Source: an uncultured bacterium
GTDB lineage: Bacteria; Fidelibacterota; Marinisomatia; Marinisomatales; UBA1611
Direction: 5' to 3'
Assembly: GCA_965660855.1 (NCBI GenBank)
Contig: CBFIBM010000010.1
Location: 1-15,125, forward strand
Length of the DNA stretch: 15,125 nucleotides
Shown: positions 15,117 to 15,125 of the stretch, piece by piece
Position numbering within the stretch: position 1 is the stretch's first letter
How the letters are laid out: every line of letters starts with the position of its first letter
Notes under the pieces: model-generated
The model's input: the letters and a program-made list of their open reading frames with translations, nothing else
Told to the model about the DNA's origin: nothing
Databases searched by the model: none
Position numbers and translations under genes: made by a program

Positions 15117-15125
15117 TTTGAAACT

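Noticed and set aside
15113..15125. Possible last codons of hflK (..VSK-TGA on the - strand) overlapping the hflC start
   Set aside because: Plausible from gene order, but 13 nt cannot support a feature call.

Overview
Low-GC (roughly 30% by eye), very gene-dense bacterial window with no RNA genes, mobile elements or CRISPR arrays that I can support. The content suggests a streamlined, sunlit-water diderm bacterium, possibly FCB-affiliated such as Marinimicrobia (inference only). Left to right: (i) the 3' end of a probable TonB-dependent/outer-membrane beta-barrel gene missed by the ORF track (1-285, +); (ii) a minus-strand block with a stand-alone LON substrate-binding-domain protein, a DUF4212 small subunit carrying an extra N-terminal hydrophobic segment, and an ActP-like sodium:solute symporter; (iii) a 242-bp divergent intergenic region; (iv) an 8.2-kb, tightly coupled plus-strand run: inverted-architecture (NewPHL/SPL-type) photolyase, unknown 213-aa protein, an unannotated 42-aa membrane ORF, MFS transporter, mutM/fpg, PPOX-family FMN-binding protein, CrtC/AttH-like probable lipoprotein, BcrA/LanF-type ABC ATPase, ABC-2-type permease and a LolA-like exported protein; (v) a convergent minus-strand hflC-hslV-hslU-argF operon. 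The best candidate for an undescribed system is the CrtC-like lipoprotein + E-loop ABC + LolA-like module (possible lipid or pigment modification and trafficking) sharing a gene run with light- and oxidative-damage repair genes. Also notable are a plant-like OTCase with a SART motif and a perfect 22-bp palindrome centred on two abutting convergent stop codons.
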